A stretch of 38,490 nt of DNA from Candidatus Aenigmatarchaeota archaeon (lineage in GTDB: Archaea; Aenigmatarchaeota; Aenigmatarchaeia; CG10238-14; JAGHAA01), in contig JAGHAA010000024.1 of the NCBI GenBank assembly GCA_021161745.1, positions 1 to 38,490 of the forward strand, written 5' to 3'. The number at the start of each line of letters is the position of its first letter. The stretch's first letter is position 1. Positions 17,571-25,439 of this stretch are shown here, piece by piece. A model generated the notes under the pieces. That model was not told the DNA's origin. It worked only from the letters and a program-made list of their open reading frames with translations, and ran no database searches. A program made the position numbers and the translations under genes.

Positions 17571-17586
17571 TGTTATACGTATAACA
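17571..17586. promoter_or_regulatory. perfect 16-bp palindrome TGTTATACGTATAACA (copy 1 of 3)
   Basis: Read directly. It lies in the divergent spacer between the ECF-S-like gene (start 17518) and the MFS gene (start 17630). Confidence 0.75.
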
Positions 17587-17629
17587 CGAAATAACTTTAA
17601 GTAATGCTTTTATTTTAAACTAATACACC

Positions 17630-18988
17630 ATGGAAAACAGACCAGAAATAAAAAGGCTTTATTGGTTTGAATTTTTTAAATCTCTAAGTCAAGAAATGAT
17701 AAACCCCTTCTTGCCAGTCTTTGCACTAGTCTTGGGTGCTTCTAATTTTCTCCTAGGGAGCATGTCAAGTTTGGTTACGTTGGTTGGATTAATTTCACAG
17801 CTATTTTTCATGGTAGTTGTGGTCAAAACGAAAAGAAAAGAAGAAAGTTTGATTATAGCCACTATACTCTGGTCATTAATGTGGTTTGTCATAGGAAGTA
17901 GTAAGGATCCTTATCAACTCATACTATTCCTTTCCATCCAATCCTTCTTCTCCACACTGATGACGATTTCTTGGACGGAAATTTTCGTTTCTTCTGTTCC
18001 TAACTACCTTAGAGGAAGAATAGTTAGTAAGATAAACTTATTCAACAAAATAGGCTTGGTAATAGCAACTTTAGTATCTGGGATTGTTTTCAACAAATAC
18101 GGGTTCGTTCCTTTTATCTTTTCTGTTAGCACTCTTTTTGGGTTGATTGCCTGCTCGACTATGCTATGTTTAAAATGCATATCTCCAAGGTTGCCTAGGT
18201 TACGAATAAGGTTCAGAAAAACCAGAATAAATTTCAAGTTCTTGAGGGAAAATCCAAAATTCTACAAACTACTAAAAGCTAGAATTGTTTTATCCTTCGC
18301 TTTAGGACTAACTAGCGTATTTTTTACAGTCCAGTTAATAAAGCACTTCCACGCTACGTTGTTCGATATAGCTTTGATAACGATTCTAGGTTCTGTGGTT
18401 AGGATATTGGTATTCAAGCCATGGGGATTTTTGGTGGACTTTATAGGAAGAAAAGCGGTTATGATAGCAACTCTTACTTTCATTTCCCTTTACCCATTAG
18501 TCTATGCTTTTTCTCCATCTTTGATGTTGATATACGTATTTACCATTCTAGGAAACATGTCTTGGGCTGGGTTTGACGTCGCTCATTTTACGTATTTCTC
18601 AGAAACTTTAGATAAAAAAAGAGTTGTGGACTTTACGACAAGTTACAACTTTTTGACTCAGATATCACTCGTTCTAGGAAAGTTTATTGGAGGTCTTATA
18701 GCAGAATTTGGAAGTTTAATTGCTGTATTCATGTTATCTTTCCTTTTTAGAGTCTCATCCTCTTTCTTCTATTCAAGACTGGATGAAAAGACGGGTCCTG
18801 TTAGGATGCCTTTGAGGATAGGTTTCGGTGAAGTAAGGTTTTCAACGCTAGAACATACAGTGGCCATTTATGCGGAACTTTTTTCCATTCTTATGAAGAA
18901 CTTTTCACGAAGAAGAGAGAAGATTTTTCACACACTTGATTTGTTTATAGAAGAAATGAGAAGGTTTTTGAGAAAACTGAAGAGTTAG
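17630..18988 (+). CDS. MFS-type transporter
   Basis: 452 aa with about 12 hydrophobic segments in two halves separated by a basic loop (RLPRLRIRFRKTRINFK). Confidence 0.6.
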   Translation: MENRPEIKRLYWFEFFKSLSQEMINPFLPVFALVLGASNFLLGSMSSLVTLVGLISQLFFMVVVVKTKRKEESLIIATILWSLMWFVIGSSKDPYQLILFLSIQSFFSTLMTISWTEIFVSSVPNYLRGRIVSKINLFNKIGLVIATLVSGIVFNKYGFVPFIFSVSTLFGLIACSTMLCLKCISPRLPRLRIRFRKTRINFKFLRENPKFYKLLKARIVLSFALGLTSVFFTVQLIKHFHATLFDIALITILGSVVRILVFKPWGFLVDFIGRKAVMIATLTFISLYPLVYAFSPSLMLIYVFTILGNMSWAGFDVAHFTYFSETLDKKRVVDFTTSYNFLTQISLVLGKFIGGLIAEFGSLIAVFMLSFLFRVSSSFFYSRLDEKTGPVRMPLRIGFGEVRFSTLEHTVAIYAELFSILMKNFSRRREKIFHTLDLFIEEMRRFLRKLKS

Positions 18989-19299
18989 AAAATCTTTTCC
19001 TCTCTAATTAGTTCACATATTTCACAAAATCTTTTTTCCATTTTAAAGTTCTTTTTGTTTACGAGTTCGGTCGTTATTTCCTCTATCTTTCCCATTATCT
19101 TCTCATTCTTCATTATCTTTCTCACGTGTCTAGCTCTCAGTCCCTTCAAATACTGTGAAACGGCAGGCTGAGTTATGCCAAGCTTTTTTGCTGTTTCAGT
19201 TTGGGTTAAGTTAAACTCGTTGATCAATATGCTTGCCATTATAGCCCTTACGGCTGGAAGGATTTTCGGAACGAATTTTTCACAGAACATTTTTTCCAT
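18985..19299 (-). CDS. small helix-turn-helix transcriptional regulator with a C-terminal CxxC
   Basis: LTQTETAKKLGITQPAVSQYLKG is a classic HTH. CEIC lies near the C-terminus. The gene is divergent from thioredoxin. Confidence 0.6.
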   Translation of the reverse strand: MEKMFCEKFVPKILPAVRAIMASILINEFNLTQTETAKKLGITQPAVSQYLKGLRARHVRKIMKNEKIMGKIEEITTELVNKKNFKMEKRFCEICELIREEKIF

Positions 19300-19328
19300 G
19301 AATAGATAGAGTGTTAAAGAAATTTAAA

Positions 19329-19347
19329 TAAATAACATCGTTATTTA
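19329..19347. promoter_or_regulatory. inverted repeat TAAATAAC-ATC-GTTATTTA directly upstream of trx
   Basis: Read directly. The 8-bp arms are perfect. It ends 5 nt before the trx ATG and overlaps a TTTAAATA TATA-like box. Confidence 0.5.
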
Positions 19348-19351
19348 ATCT

Positions 19352-19690
19352 ATGGTTGACGAAATAAGTATGGACGAGTTTGAGGAAGAGGTTGTTTACT
19401 CGGATTTACCAGTAATAATAGATTTTTGGGCAAAATGGTGTGGCCCTTGCCTGGCTTTTGCTCCTACTTTTGAAAAGTATGCAAAAAAGTATGAAGGAAA
19501 AGTAAAGTTTTTTCGTTGTAACATAGAAAAGAACAGGTCTTTGGCAGAGATGTTTGAAGTTAAATCAATCCCTACGATGCTTTTCTTTTGTGAAGGGAAA
19601 GTCGTGGAAAGAATAACTGGTGCTTATCCAGAAGATTCTTTTGGAGATAAAATAGAAGAGTTTTTCAAAAAGTGTGAGAATGCGGATTAA
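19352..19690 (+). CDS. trxA: thioredoxin
   Basis: The WCGPC active site is present in FWAKWCGPCLAF. The protein is 112 aa. Confidence 0.9.
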   Translation: MVDEISMDEFEEEVVYSDLPVIIDFWAKWCGPCLAFAPTFEKYAKKYEGKVKFFRCNIEKNRSLAEMFEVKSIPTMLFFCEGKVVERITGAYPEDSFGDKIEEFFKKCENAD

Positions 19691-20894
19691 GTTAAGTTTT
19701 CCTTTTTTGTTGAAAAGAAAACAAGATAGGAGTTTACCAGATAGAGTTAGGTTTGAAGAACTAAGTGATTTGCTGAAGAAGATTAAAGAAAGTAACGATG
19801 ATCTAAAGGAATGTTACGGTAGAGGGATGGAATTGTGTCAAAGGATAATGAAAGATATGGAAAAGATGAGAGAGCATGTTCTGTCTATGGAAAAAGAGGA
19901 GAAAGATTTTTCCAGAATGGTTTATAGATTGCTTGAAAAAGTACAACCCTGTAAAGGCGAGACGTTCCAAGAATTCATGAAATTTTATGACGATGTTTTT
20001 AAAACGCTTGAAACTATCGCGAAGGTTCCTAAAAACATTCAACTAAGAGTGATGGAGAAAAAGAGTGGGGTTACGTTTACGAAGCTCATGGAGAGGACGA
20101 CTAAAGATTTGAATAAACTTAAGAAATTTGTAAAAAGAAGGTTTACTGACGAGAGATGCTCGACGATAAACGATTACGAATTCTGTTGGAAGGTTTTTAA
20201 AGAAATTAAGATGATCGAAGAGCATATGGGAGAAAAAAGAATGGAGTTAAAAAAATTATCTGAAAGTTTGAATAGATTGGAGGAGGAACTAAAAAGGAAA
20301 GAAGAGTTGTTAGAAAAAATAGAAAGATTGTTTGAAGTCGAGAGACTGAATGAAGAGAAAAAAAGGATAGAGGAGAAGGTCAAAGCTTTGGAAGAAGGTA
20401 TAACAACTTCTGTTTTTTCAGCATCTCGTGTTGTAAAGAAATCAATTCATGGGATTAAAAGTCTGGAAAACGTTTGGAAGAAAATTGAAACGGATGTATG
20501 GAGTTTAAGTAAAGAAGAAATAAATGACATCGCAGATTATCTGAATAAATCTGTCTCAAAGCTAGGGGAGAAAGAGAAACAAAAGGTTTCTCACCTGTTA
20601 AAAATACTTAGAGAGTTTGATTCTTACGTTAGAAGAAGAAAGGAGTTGATGGGATCTTTAGAAAAGATAAATTCTGAATTAGAAAGTATTGAGACTAAAA
20701 AATTAACAAACATAAGAGATGTAAAACTCGAGATCGACGAATTGAAGAAAAAGATGAGAAACATCAGTTCTAAAGTTTCTCAGCTGGGGAGCGATATCAA
20801 CAAAATGGAAAGGAAGAAGAAAACGAAGTTAAAAGTCATTCAGAAAGCTTTAAAGAAGATTGTACTAAAAGAAATTTCGATCGTGGATGATTGA
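19674..20894 (+). CDS. long coiled-coil protein of unknown function
   Basis: 406 aa, K/E/L-rich with heptad-like stretches (e.g. LKKLSESLNRLEEELKRKEELLEKIERLFEVERLNEEKKRIEEKVKALEE). The start is GTG 19674 or ATG 19680. It overlaps the trx end and overlaps the udg start by 4 nt. Confidence 0.5.
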   Translation: MRMRIKLSFPFLLKRKQDRSLPDRVRFEELSDLLKKIKESNDDLKECYGRGMELCQRIMKDMEKMREHVLSMEKEEKDFSRMVYRLLEKVQPCKGETFQEFMKFYDDVFKTLETIAKVPKNIQLRVMEKKSGVTFTKLMERTTKDLNKLKKFVKRRFTDERCSTINDYEFCWKVFKEIKMIEEHMGEKRMELKKLSESLNRLEEELKRKEELLEKIERLFEVERLNEEKKRIEEKVKALEEGITTSVFSASRVVKKSIHGIKSLENVWKKIETDVWSLSKEEINDIADYLNKSVSKLGEKEKQKVSHLLKILREFDSYVRRRKELMGSLEKINSELESIETKKLTNIRDVKLEIDELKKKMRNISSKVSQLGSDINKMERKKKTKLKVIQKALKKIVLKEISIVDD

Positions 20895-21493
20895 TCATGA
20901 GAAAGGAGATTTTGTTGGAGAAAATTTTTGAAGAGATAAAAGTCTGTAAAAAATGCTCGTTGTGGAAAACGAGAAAAAATCCAGTGTTAGGAGAGGGTGA
21001 TCCAAACTCAAAGATTATGCTCATAGGCTTGGGGCCTGGTAAACAAGAAGACGCTGAAGGTAGGCCATTTGTTGGGGCTGCTGGAAAGTTTCTGAATAAA
21101 CTTTTGAAACTCGCAGGCATGAAGAGGGAGGGCGTTTACATAACGAACGTTATGAAGTGCTTTCTACCGCAAAACAAAGTTGCGGAAGAGCAGATAAGGG
21201 CTTGCTCTCCCTACCTTGAACGTCAGATAGAGATAATAAAACCTAGAGTTATAATAACTTTAGGCAACGTTGCCACGGATTTTATCTTTGAGAAGTTTGG
21301 GCTTCAAAAGCATAAGCATAGTATAAGTAAAATCCATGCCCAAATCTTCAAGGTTTCAACTTTAGTCGGCGAGCTAACGATAATACCAATGTATCATCCG
21401 GCGACAGCTCTTTATAATCCAGGGTTAAAAGAAACTTTAAGAGAAGATTGGATGAAAGTTGGAAAATATTTAAAACTAAAAGGTTTTATATAA
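20891..21493 (+). CDS. udg: family-4 (thermostable, Fe-S type) uracil-DNA glycosylase
   Basis: CKKCSL..R.N.VLGEGDPNSKIMLIGLGPGKQEDAEGRPFVGAAGKFL and the C-terminal MYHPA match family-4 UDG motifs. Confidence 0.8.
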   Translation: MIMRKEILLEKIFEEIKVCKKCSLWKTRKNPVLGEGDPNSKIMLIGLGPGKQEDAEGRPFVGAAGKFLNKLLKLAGMKREGVYITNVMKCFLPQNKVAEEQIRACSPYLERQIEIIKPRVIITLGNVATDFIFEKFGLQKHKHSISKIHAQIFKVSTLVGELTIIPMYHPATALYNPGLKETLREDWMKVGKYLKLKGFI

Positions 21494-21500
21494 CATTGTT

Positions 21501-22232
21501 ATGGAAGTATTAAAAATCCAAGACCTTCATGTCAAAGCAGACTCGAAAAAGATTTTAAAAGGCGTGAATCTATCTGTTAAGAAAGGAGAAGTCATCGCTC
21601 TTCTTGGACCGAACGCTAGTGGAAAAAGCACGCTGGCTTATACTATCATGGGTCTTCCAGAGTTCAAAGTGGAGAAGGGAAAAATTTTCTTCGAAGGGTT
21701 AGAGATAACACATCTTAAGACGTTTGAAAGGGCAAAGCTTGGGATTTCTTTGGCTTTTCAACACCCACCTCAAGTGAGAAACGTTAAATTGAAAGATTTA
21801 TTAAGAAGAATTCAAACACGAAGAATAGAGCTATCTCCTCTTGGGTTGGACGGCTTCAGTAGGCTGTTGGGAAGAGAAGTAAACGTCGGGTTTTCTGGTG
21901 GAGAGAGAAAGATTTCAGAGCTTCTACAACTGATAGCTATGAATCCAAAAGTTGTGATATTCGACGAAATAGATTCTGGACTAGACATTCAAAAGCTTAA
22001 ACTAGTGACTAAAATCATCAAAGAAAACTTTGTAGATGGTACATCTGTCATTCTCATCACACATCGTGGTAGCATTTTAAGATGGATCAAGCCTCACAGA
22101 GTTGCCATAATGATAGAGGGAAAGATTGTATGCGAGTCAGACGATTGGGAAAAAGTCTGGGGCACTATCGGGAGGTATGGGTATGAAAAGTGTAGAGAAT
22201 GCGAAGTATCTCCAAATAGATCATCGAGTTGA
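21501..22232 (+). CDS. sufC: Fe-S cluster assembly ATPase SufC
   Basis: Walker A is GPNASGKST. The signature is FSGGERKISELLQ. Walker B is VVIFDEIDSGLD. It has the usual SufC length. Confidence 0.85.
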   Translation: MEVLKIQDLHVKADSKKILKGVNLSVKKGEVIALLGPNASGKSTLAYTIMGLPEFKVEKGKIFFEGLEITHLKTFERAKLGISLAFQHPPQVRNVKLKDLLRRIQTRRIELSPLGLDGFSRLLGREVNVGFSGGERKISELLQLIAMNPKVVIFDEIDSGLDIQKLKLVTKIIKENFVDGTSVILITHRGSILRWIKPHRVAIMIEGKIVCESDDWEKVWGTIGRYGYEKCRECEVSPNRSSS

Positions 22233-23085
22233 AGAAATTTTGCGGAAGGAAGGAGTAGTGATTTTACCTAGCCAAAAAGCCTGGGAAAAGTTTGAATGGA
22301 GTAGAGAATACTTCGGAAAAAAACCGGATGAAGGATTTTTCGTATGGGTAACAAAGCAAATTCCGTTTCCAATTTCTACGTGTGTGACTATAAGTAGTGA
22401 AAACGTTGAGCAAAATATGATGAACCTTGTGGTGATCGAAGAAGGTATTAAAGTAAAATCTTACTCTATATGTAATGCCTCTTCTTTTGACCTTCATGGA
22501 AGGCATAACGCTCTTGGAAAAATAATTCTGAAGAAAGGTTCTAAAATGGAACTTCTTTCCACACAATCATGGGGATCTGAAGATGTTGTGGAGCCTACGT
22601 ACTACTTTATTCTGGAAGAAAACTCTATGCTAGATTACAAATTCAAAAGCTTGAACCCGCCTAAAAGGTTTGTTTCCAAAAACGTTTTTGAGCTGAAAGA
22701 AAATGCGAAGGTAAGGATAGAGGTGGCTGTGAAAGCTAACAACTCATACGTTGAACTTCATGAAACGACATACCTCAACGGAAAGAACGCGGATGCTGTT
22801 TCCAAATTACGCGTAGTCTCAGACAAAAAGAGTGAGATAATAGGCTACACCAAAATGGTTGCTAACGCTCCTTCTAAAGGACATCTGGACTGTCAAGGAT
22901 TGATGTTAAGGAACGATTCAAGGATAACTTTAATTCCTGCATTGGAAAACGCGAACAAAGAAGCTACGTTAACTCATGAAGCTTCGATAGGTAGAATAAC
23001 TGAAGATGTTTTGAACTACTTGATGACGAGAGGGTTAACTGAGGAGGAGGCAATAGACCTTATCGTTACAGGCTTTTTGAGTTAA
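22183..23085 (+). CDS. sufB: short SufB/SufD-family Fe-S scaffold protein
   Basis: It has a beta-helix-type repeat region and the C-terminal THEASIGRI..E.L.YL..RGL..EEA motif typical of SufB/D. The ORF track starts at 22126. ATG 22183 lies 6 nt after GGAGGT (22171-22176) and is the likely start, giving a ~50-nt overlap with sufC. Confidence 0.75.
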   Translation: MKSVENAKYLQIDHRVEEILRKEGVVILPSQKAWEKFEWSREYFGKKPDEGFFVWVTKQIPFPISTCVTISSENVEQNMMNLVVIEEGIKVKSYSICNASSFDLHGRHNALGKIILKKGSKMELLSTQSWGSEDVVEPTYYFILEENSMLDYKFKSLNPPKRFVSKNVFELKENAKVRIEVAVKANNSYVELHETTYLNGKNADAVSKLRVVSDKKSEIIGYTKMVANAPSKGHLDCQGLMLRNDSRITLIPALENANKEATLTHEASIGRITEDVLNYLMTRGLTEEEAIDLIVTGFLS

Positions 23086-23798
23086 TGTTCGCAAACTTCT
23101 AATTTTATCTTTTTTCTGAAGAATTCTTTTGTTGAAGAAAACAGTTTTATCCTACCTTTTTCCATCAGATAAACTCTTTTGGCCAACAGTTTAACGACAT
23201 CTATTTGGTTTGTGGAAAAAAGTATAGTTAAGTTTTTCTCTTTATTCAACTTTTTTAAGAATTCTATTATCTTCTTTTTAGATTGATGGTCTATCCCTGC
23301 AAAAGGTTCATCCATTATCAATAACTCAGGGTTATGTGCTAAAGCACCGGCGATAGCTACTTTCTTCTTCTCTCCACCGCTTAAGTAATGAGGAACCTTA
23401 TGTTTCAAGTGAGATATTTCAATCTCTTTTAGCAGGTGGTTTGCAACTTTAATCGCTTCCTTTTCACTCATCCCTATGTTGATGGGTGTAAAAACAATGT
23501 CGTCCATGACAGTAGGACCTATCAACTGGTATTCGACGTTTTGGAAAACTACTCCGATCTTTGGGATCAGTTTCTTCAAATCCTTCGATGGATCTAAACC
23601 GAAAACTTCTACTTTACCTTCTATAGGCTTAAGTAAACCTATTATATGGTTGAGTAAAGTCGTTTTACCAGAACCGTTTGGGCCTAAAAGAGCGAGTATG
23701 TCACCTCTTTTTACTACGAAGTCTAGACCACAAACCTGAACTTCTGTTTCATCTTCATACTTATGCTTTATACAATTTACTCTTACTAAAGTGTCCAT
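23082..23798 (-). CDS. cbiO: ECF/cobalt-type ABC transporter ATPase
   Basis: Walker A is GPNGSGKTT. The signature is LSGGEKKKVAIA. Walker B is LLIMDEPFAGID. Confidence 0.8.
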   Translation of the reverse strand: MDTLVRVNCIKHKYEDETEVQVCGLDFVVKRGDILALLGPNGSGKTTLLNHIIGLLKPIEGKVEVFGLDPSKDLKKLIPKIGVVFQNVEYQLIGPTVMDDIVFTPINIGMSEKEAIKVANHLLKEIEISHLKHKVPHYLSGGEKKKVAIAGALAHNPELLIMDEPFAGIDHQSKKKIIEFLKKLNKEKNLTILFSTNQIDVVKLLAKRVYLMEKGRIKLFSSTKEFFRKKIKLEVCEH

Positions 23799-24496
23799 CC
23801 TACCACTCCAGATAACGCCAAGATCCCAAGCCCTAGGAATATTATGGCTAAATCTTTCAAGCCAAAACTTTCTTTTTCTAAATGGTAGAATTTTCCTTTG
23901 AATCCTCTAATCATCAAAGAGTTGTAGAATTTCTCGCTAATCTCGATGGAATTAAGGAATACGTGGCCTATTAAGTTTGAGATGTTTTTTAGAGTCTGAA
24001 GTTTGTTGGCCGAATAAAGACCTCTGACCTTCAAAGACCTTATTCTGTTTTCTACGTCGTTCAATAGCACAAAAAAGAATCGATAAGTTAAGAAGAGAAC
24101 ATTTCCTAAAAATCCAGAGAATTTGCTCAGAAAATAAAAGATTTTTGTGTAAGGCGTTGTGGAGAATAAAAGTATTACCGACAAGAAAGATGAGAAACCT
24201 TTGAGAATGCTGAGAAGAGGCAACAGACTACTAGAGCTCAGTTGGCTTATCGCAAAGATGGAAGCAAAGAATGTTGGGTAAAGAGCCCATTTGAGAATTT
24301 TTGTGAGAGGCAGGTCAGAAATTTTTATCAACGCTAGTAGGATTGTTATCGTTAAACTAAGGAAGATTAAGGATTGAGTTAGCAGGATGGAAAAAAGAAC
24401 ACATAAGAAGAAAATTAGCTTAGAAAAAGTAGTAGCAGAATGATAAAACGTTTTCTTGCTTGTGGAAAAATAGTCTATTAAAAAAATTTCGCTCAT
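23786..24496 (-). CDS. cbiQ: ECF transporter transmembrane (T) component
   Basis: 236-aa polytopic protein between cbiM and cbiO. It contains the R-rich coupling-helix region (RIRSLKVRG) and has overlapping starts and stops with its neighbours. Confidence 0.7.
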   Translation of the reverse strand: MSEIFLIDYFSTSKKTFYHSATTFSKLIFFLCVLFSILLTQSLIFLSLTITILLALIKISDLPLTKILKWALYPTFFASIFAISQLSSSSLLPLLSILKGFSSFLSVILLFSTTPYTKIFYFLSKFSGFLGNVLFLTYRFFFVLLNDVENRIRSLKVRGLYSANKLQTLKNISNLIGHVFLNSIEISEKFYNSLMIRGFKGKFYHLEKESFGLKDLAIIFLGLGILALSGVVGWTL

Positions 24497-25137
24497 GGTA
24501 ACAAATTGGGTTTTGTTCTTCTTATGTATGAAACTATCATACCCGTTATGATAGATTCTATGAATGCTCCATACAAACCTATAGGTGTTACGATCGAGGC
24601 AAAAGTGATCACGGAGATTCTTTCTTTAGTTTGATGGACATGATGGTGTAAAAATTCTGCGGGATTAACGTTGGAGATTGCCACTATAGACACTACTAGG
24701 CCTATCGAAAGAGTTAGTGCGATAAAAGAGCTGATGGAGGAAATGACAAAGTAATTTTTCATTAGTTTTTTGAAAAAGGAAAAGAGAAAATAAGAGGCCA
24801 ATGCTTCTGACCAAACAACTATGGTGTTAAGTCCGACTATCGTTATGCCTCCATGGCCCATAGATGCTAGCAAAAGATTGACTACGAATGAAGATACTAG
24901 TGACCAGTATGGGCCTAGTAAGATACCTGATAACGTTGAAAGGTTTATATGAGTCGGTATGCCGAGCGGTATGGACATCGATATGAGCATGAGAGCCGAG
25001 ATCATCGAAACTTTTGGCAAAGATTTCCAATCGTTTTTAAGCTTGAAAGACAAAAGTAAAAGTAAACCTAATGAAATGCCGTATCCAGATAACCATAGCC
25101 AAACGGGCAGAACACCGTCTGGTATGTGAATGTGCAT
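24493..25137 (-). CDS. cbiM: CbiM/NikM-type metal (Co/Ni) uptake substrate component
   Basis: The N-terminus MHIHIPDGVLP resembles the conserved MHIxDG metal-binding N-terminus of CbiM/NikM. The protein is 214 aa and polytopic. Confidence 0.75.
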   Translation of the reverse strand: MHIHIPDGVLPVWLWLSGYGISLGLLLLLSFKLKNDWKSLPKVSMISALMLISMSIPLGIPTHINLSTLSGILLGPYWSLVSSFVVNLLLASMGHGGITIVGLNTIVVWSEALASYFLFSFFKKLMKNYFVISSISSFIALTLSIGLVVSIVAISNVNPAEFLHHHVHQTKERISVITFASIVTPIGLYGAFIESIITGMIVSYIRRTKPNLLP

Positions 25138-25149
25138 GCTATTAGTATT

Positions 25150-25164
25150 TATAACACGGTTATA
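25150..25164. promoter_or_regulatory. inverted repeat TATAAC-ACG-GTTATA in the cbiM/feoA divergent spacer
   Basis: Read directly. The 6-bp arms are perfect. It has the same ATAAC-N3-GTTAT core as the site upstream of trx. Confidence 0.45.
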
Positions 25165-25202
25165 TAAATTTTGATGTTTAAATAATAAAATCTATTTAAA
25201 GG

Positions 25203-25439
25203 ATGGTAGCAATGAAGATTGATTTATTGCGAGCTCCTTTGGGAAGAGATGTTATAGTCATAGATGTTGTAGGGGGAATCTGTTTAAAACAAAGGTTGTT
25301 CGCACTAGGCATAGTTCCTGGTAAGAAGATTAAAAAAGTGGTTCAACATCCGATGGGCGGTCCTATAATCGTGGAAATCAACGGTAGTAGATTCGCACTA
25401 GGAAGGGGCATGGCATCAAAAGTAATAGTAGAGGTATGA
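25203..25439 (+). CDS. feoA: FeoA-family small protein
   Basis: 78 aa with an SH3-like FeoA pattern (L..LG..PG..i.v....P.GGPi.v...g..faLgr..A..i.V). It overlaps feoB by 4 nt. Confidence 0.8.
   Translation: MVAMKIDLLRAPLGRDVIVIDVVGGICLKQRLFALGIVPGKKIKKVVQHPMGGPIIVEINGSRFALGRGMASKVIVEV

Noticed and set aside
22126-22182. The long overlap of the SufB-like ORF with sufC, considered as a possible frameshift or fusion.
   Set aside because: An internal ATG at 22183 lies 6 nt after GGAGGT, which explains the ORF as ordinary overlapping genes. No evidence of a disrupted frame was seen.
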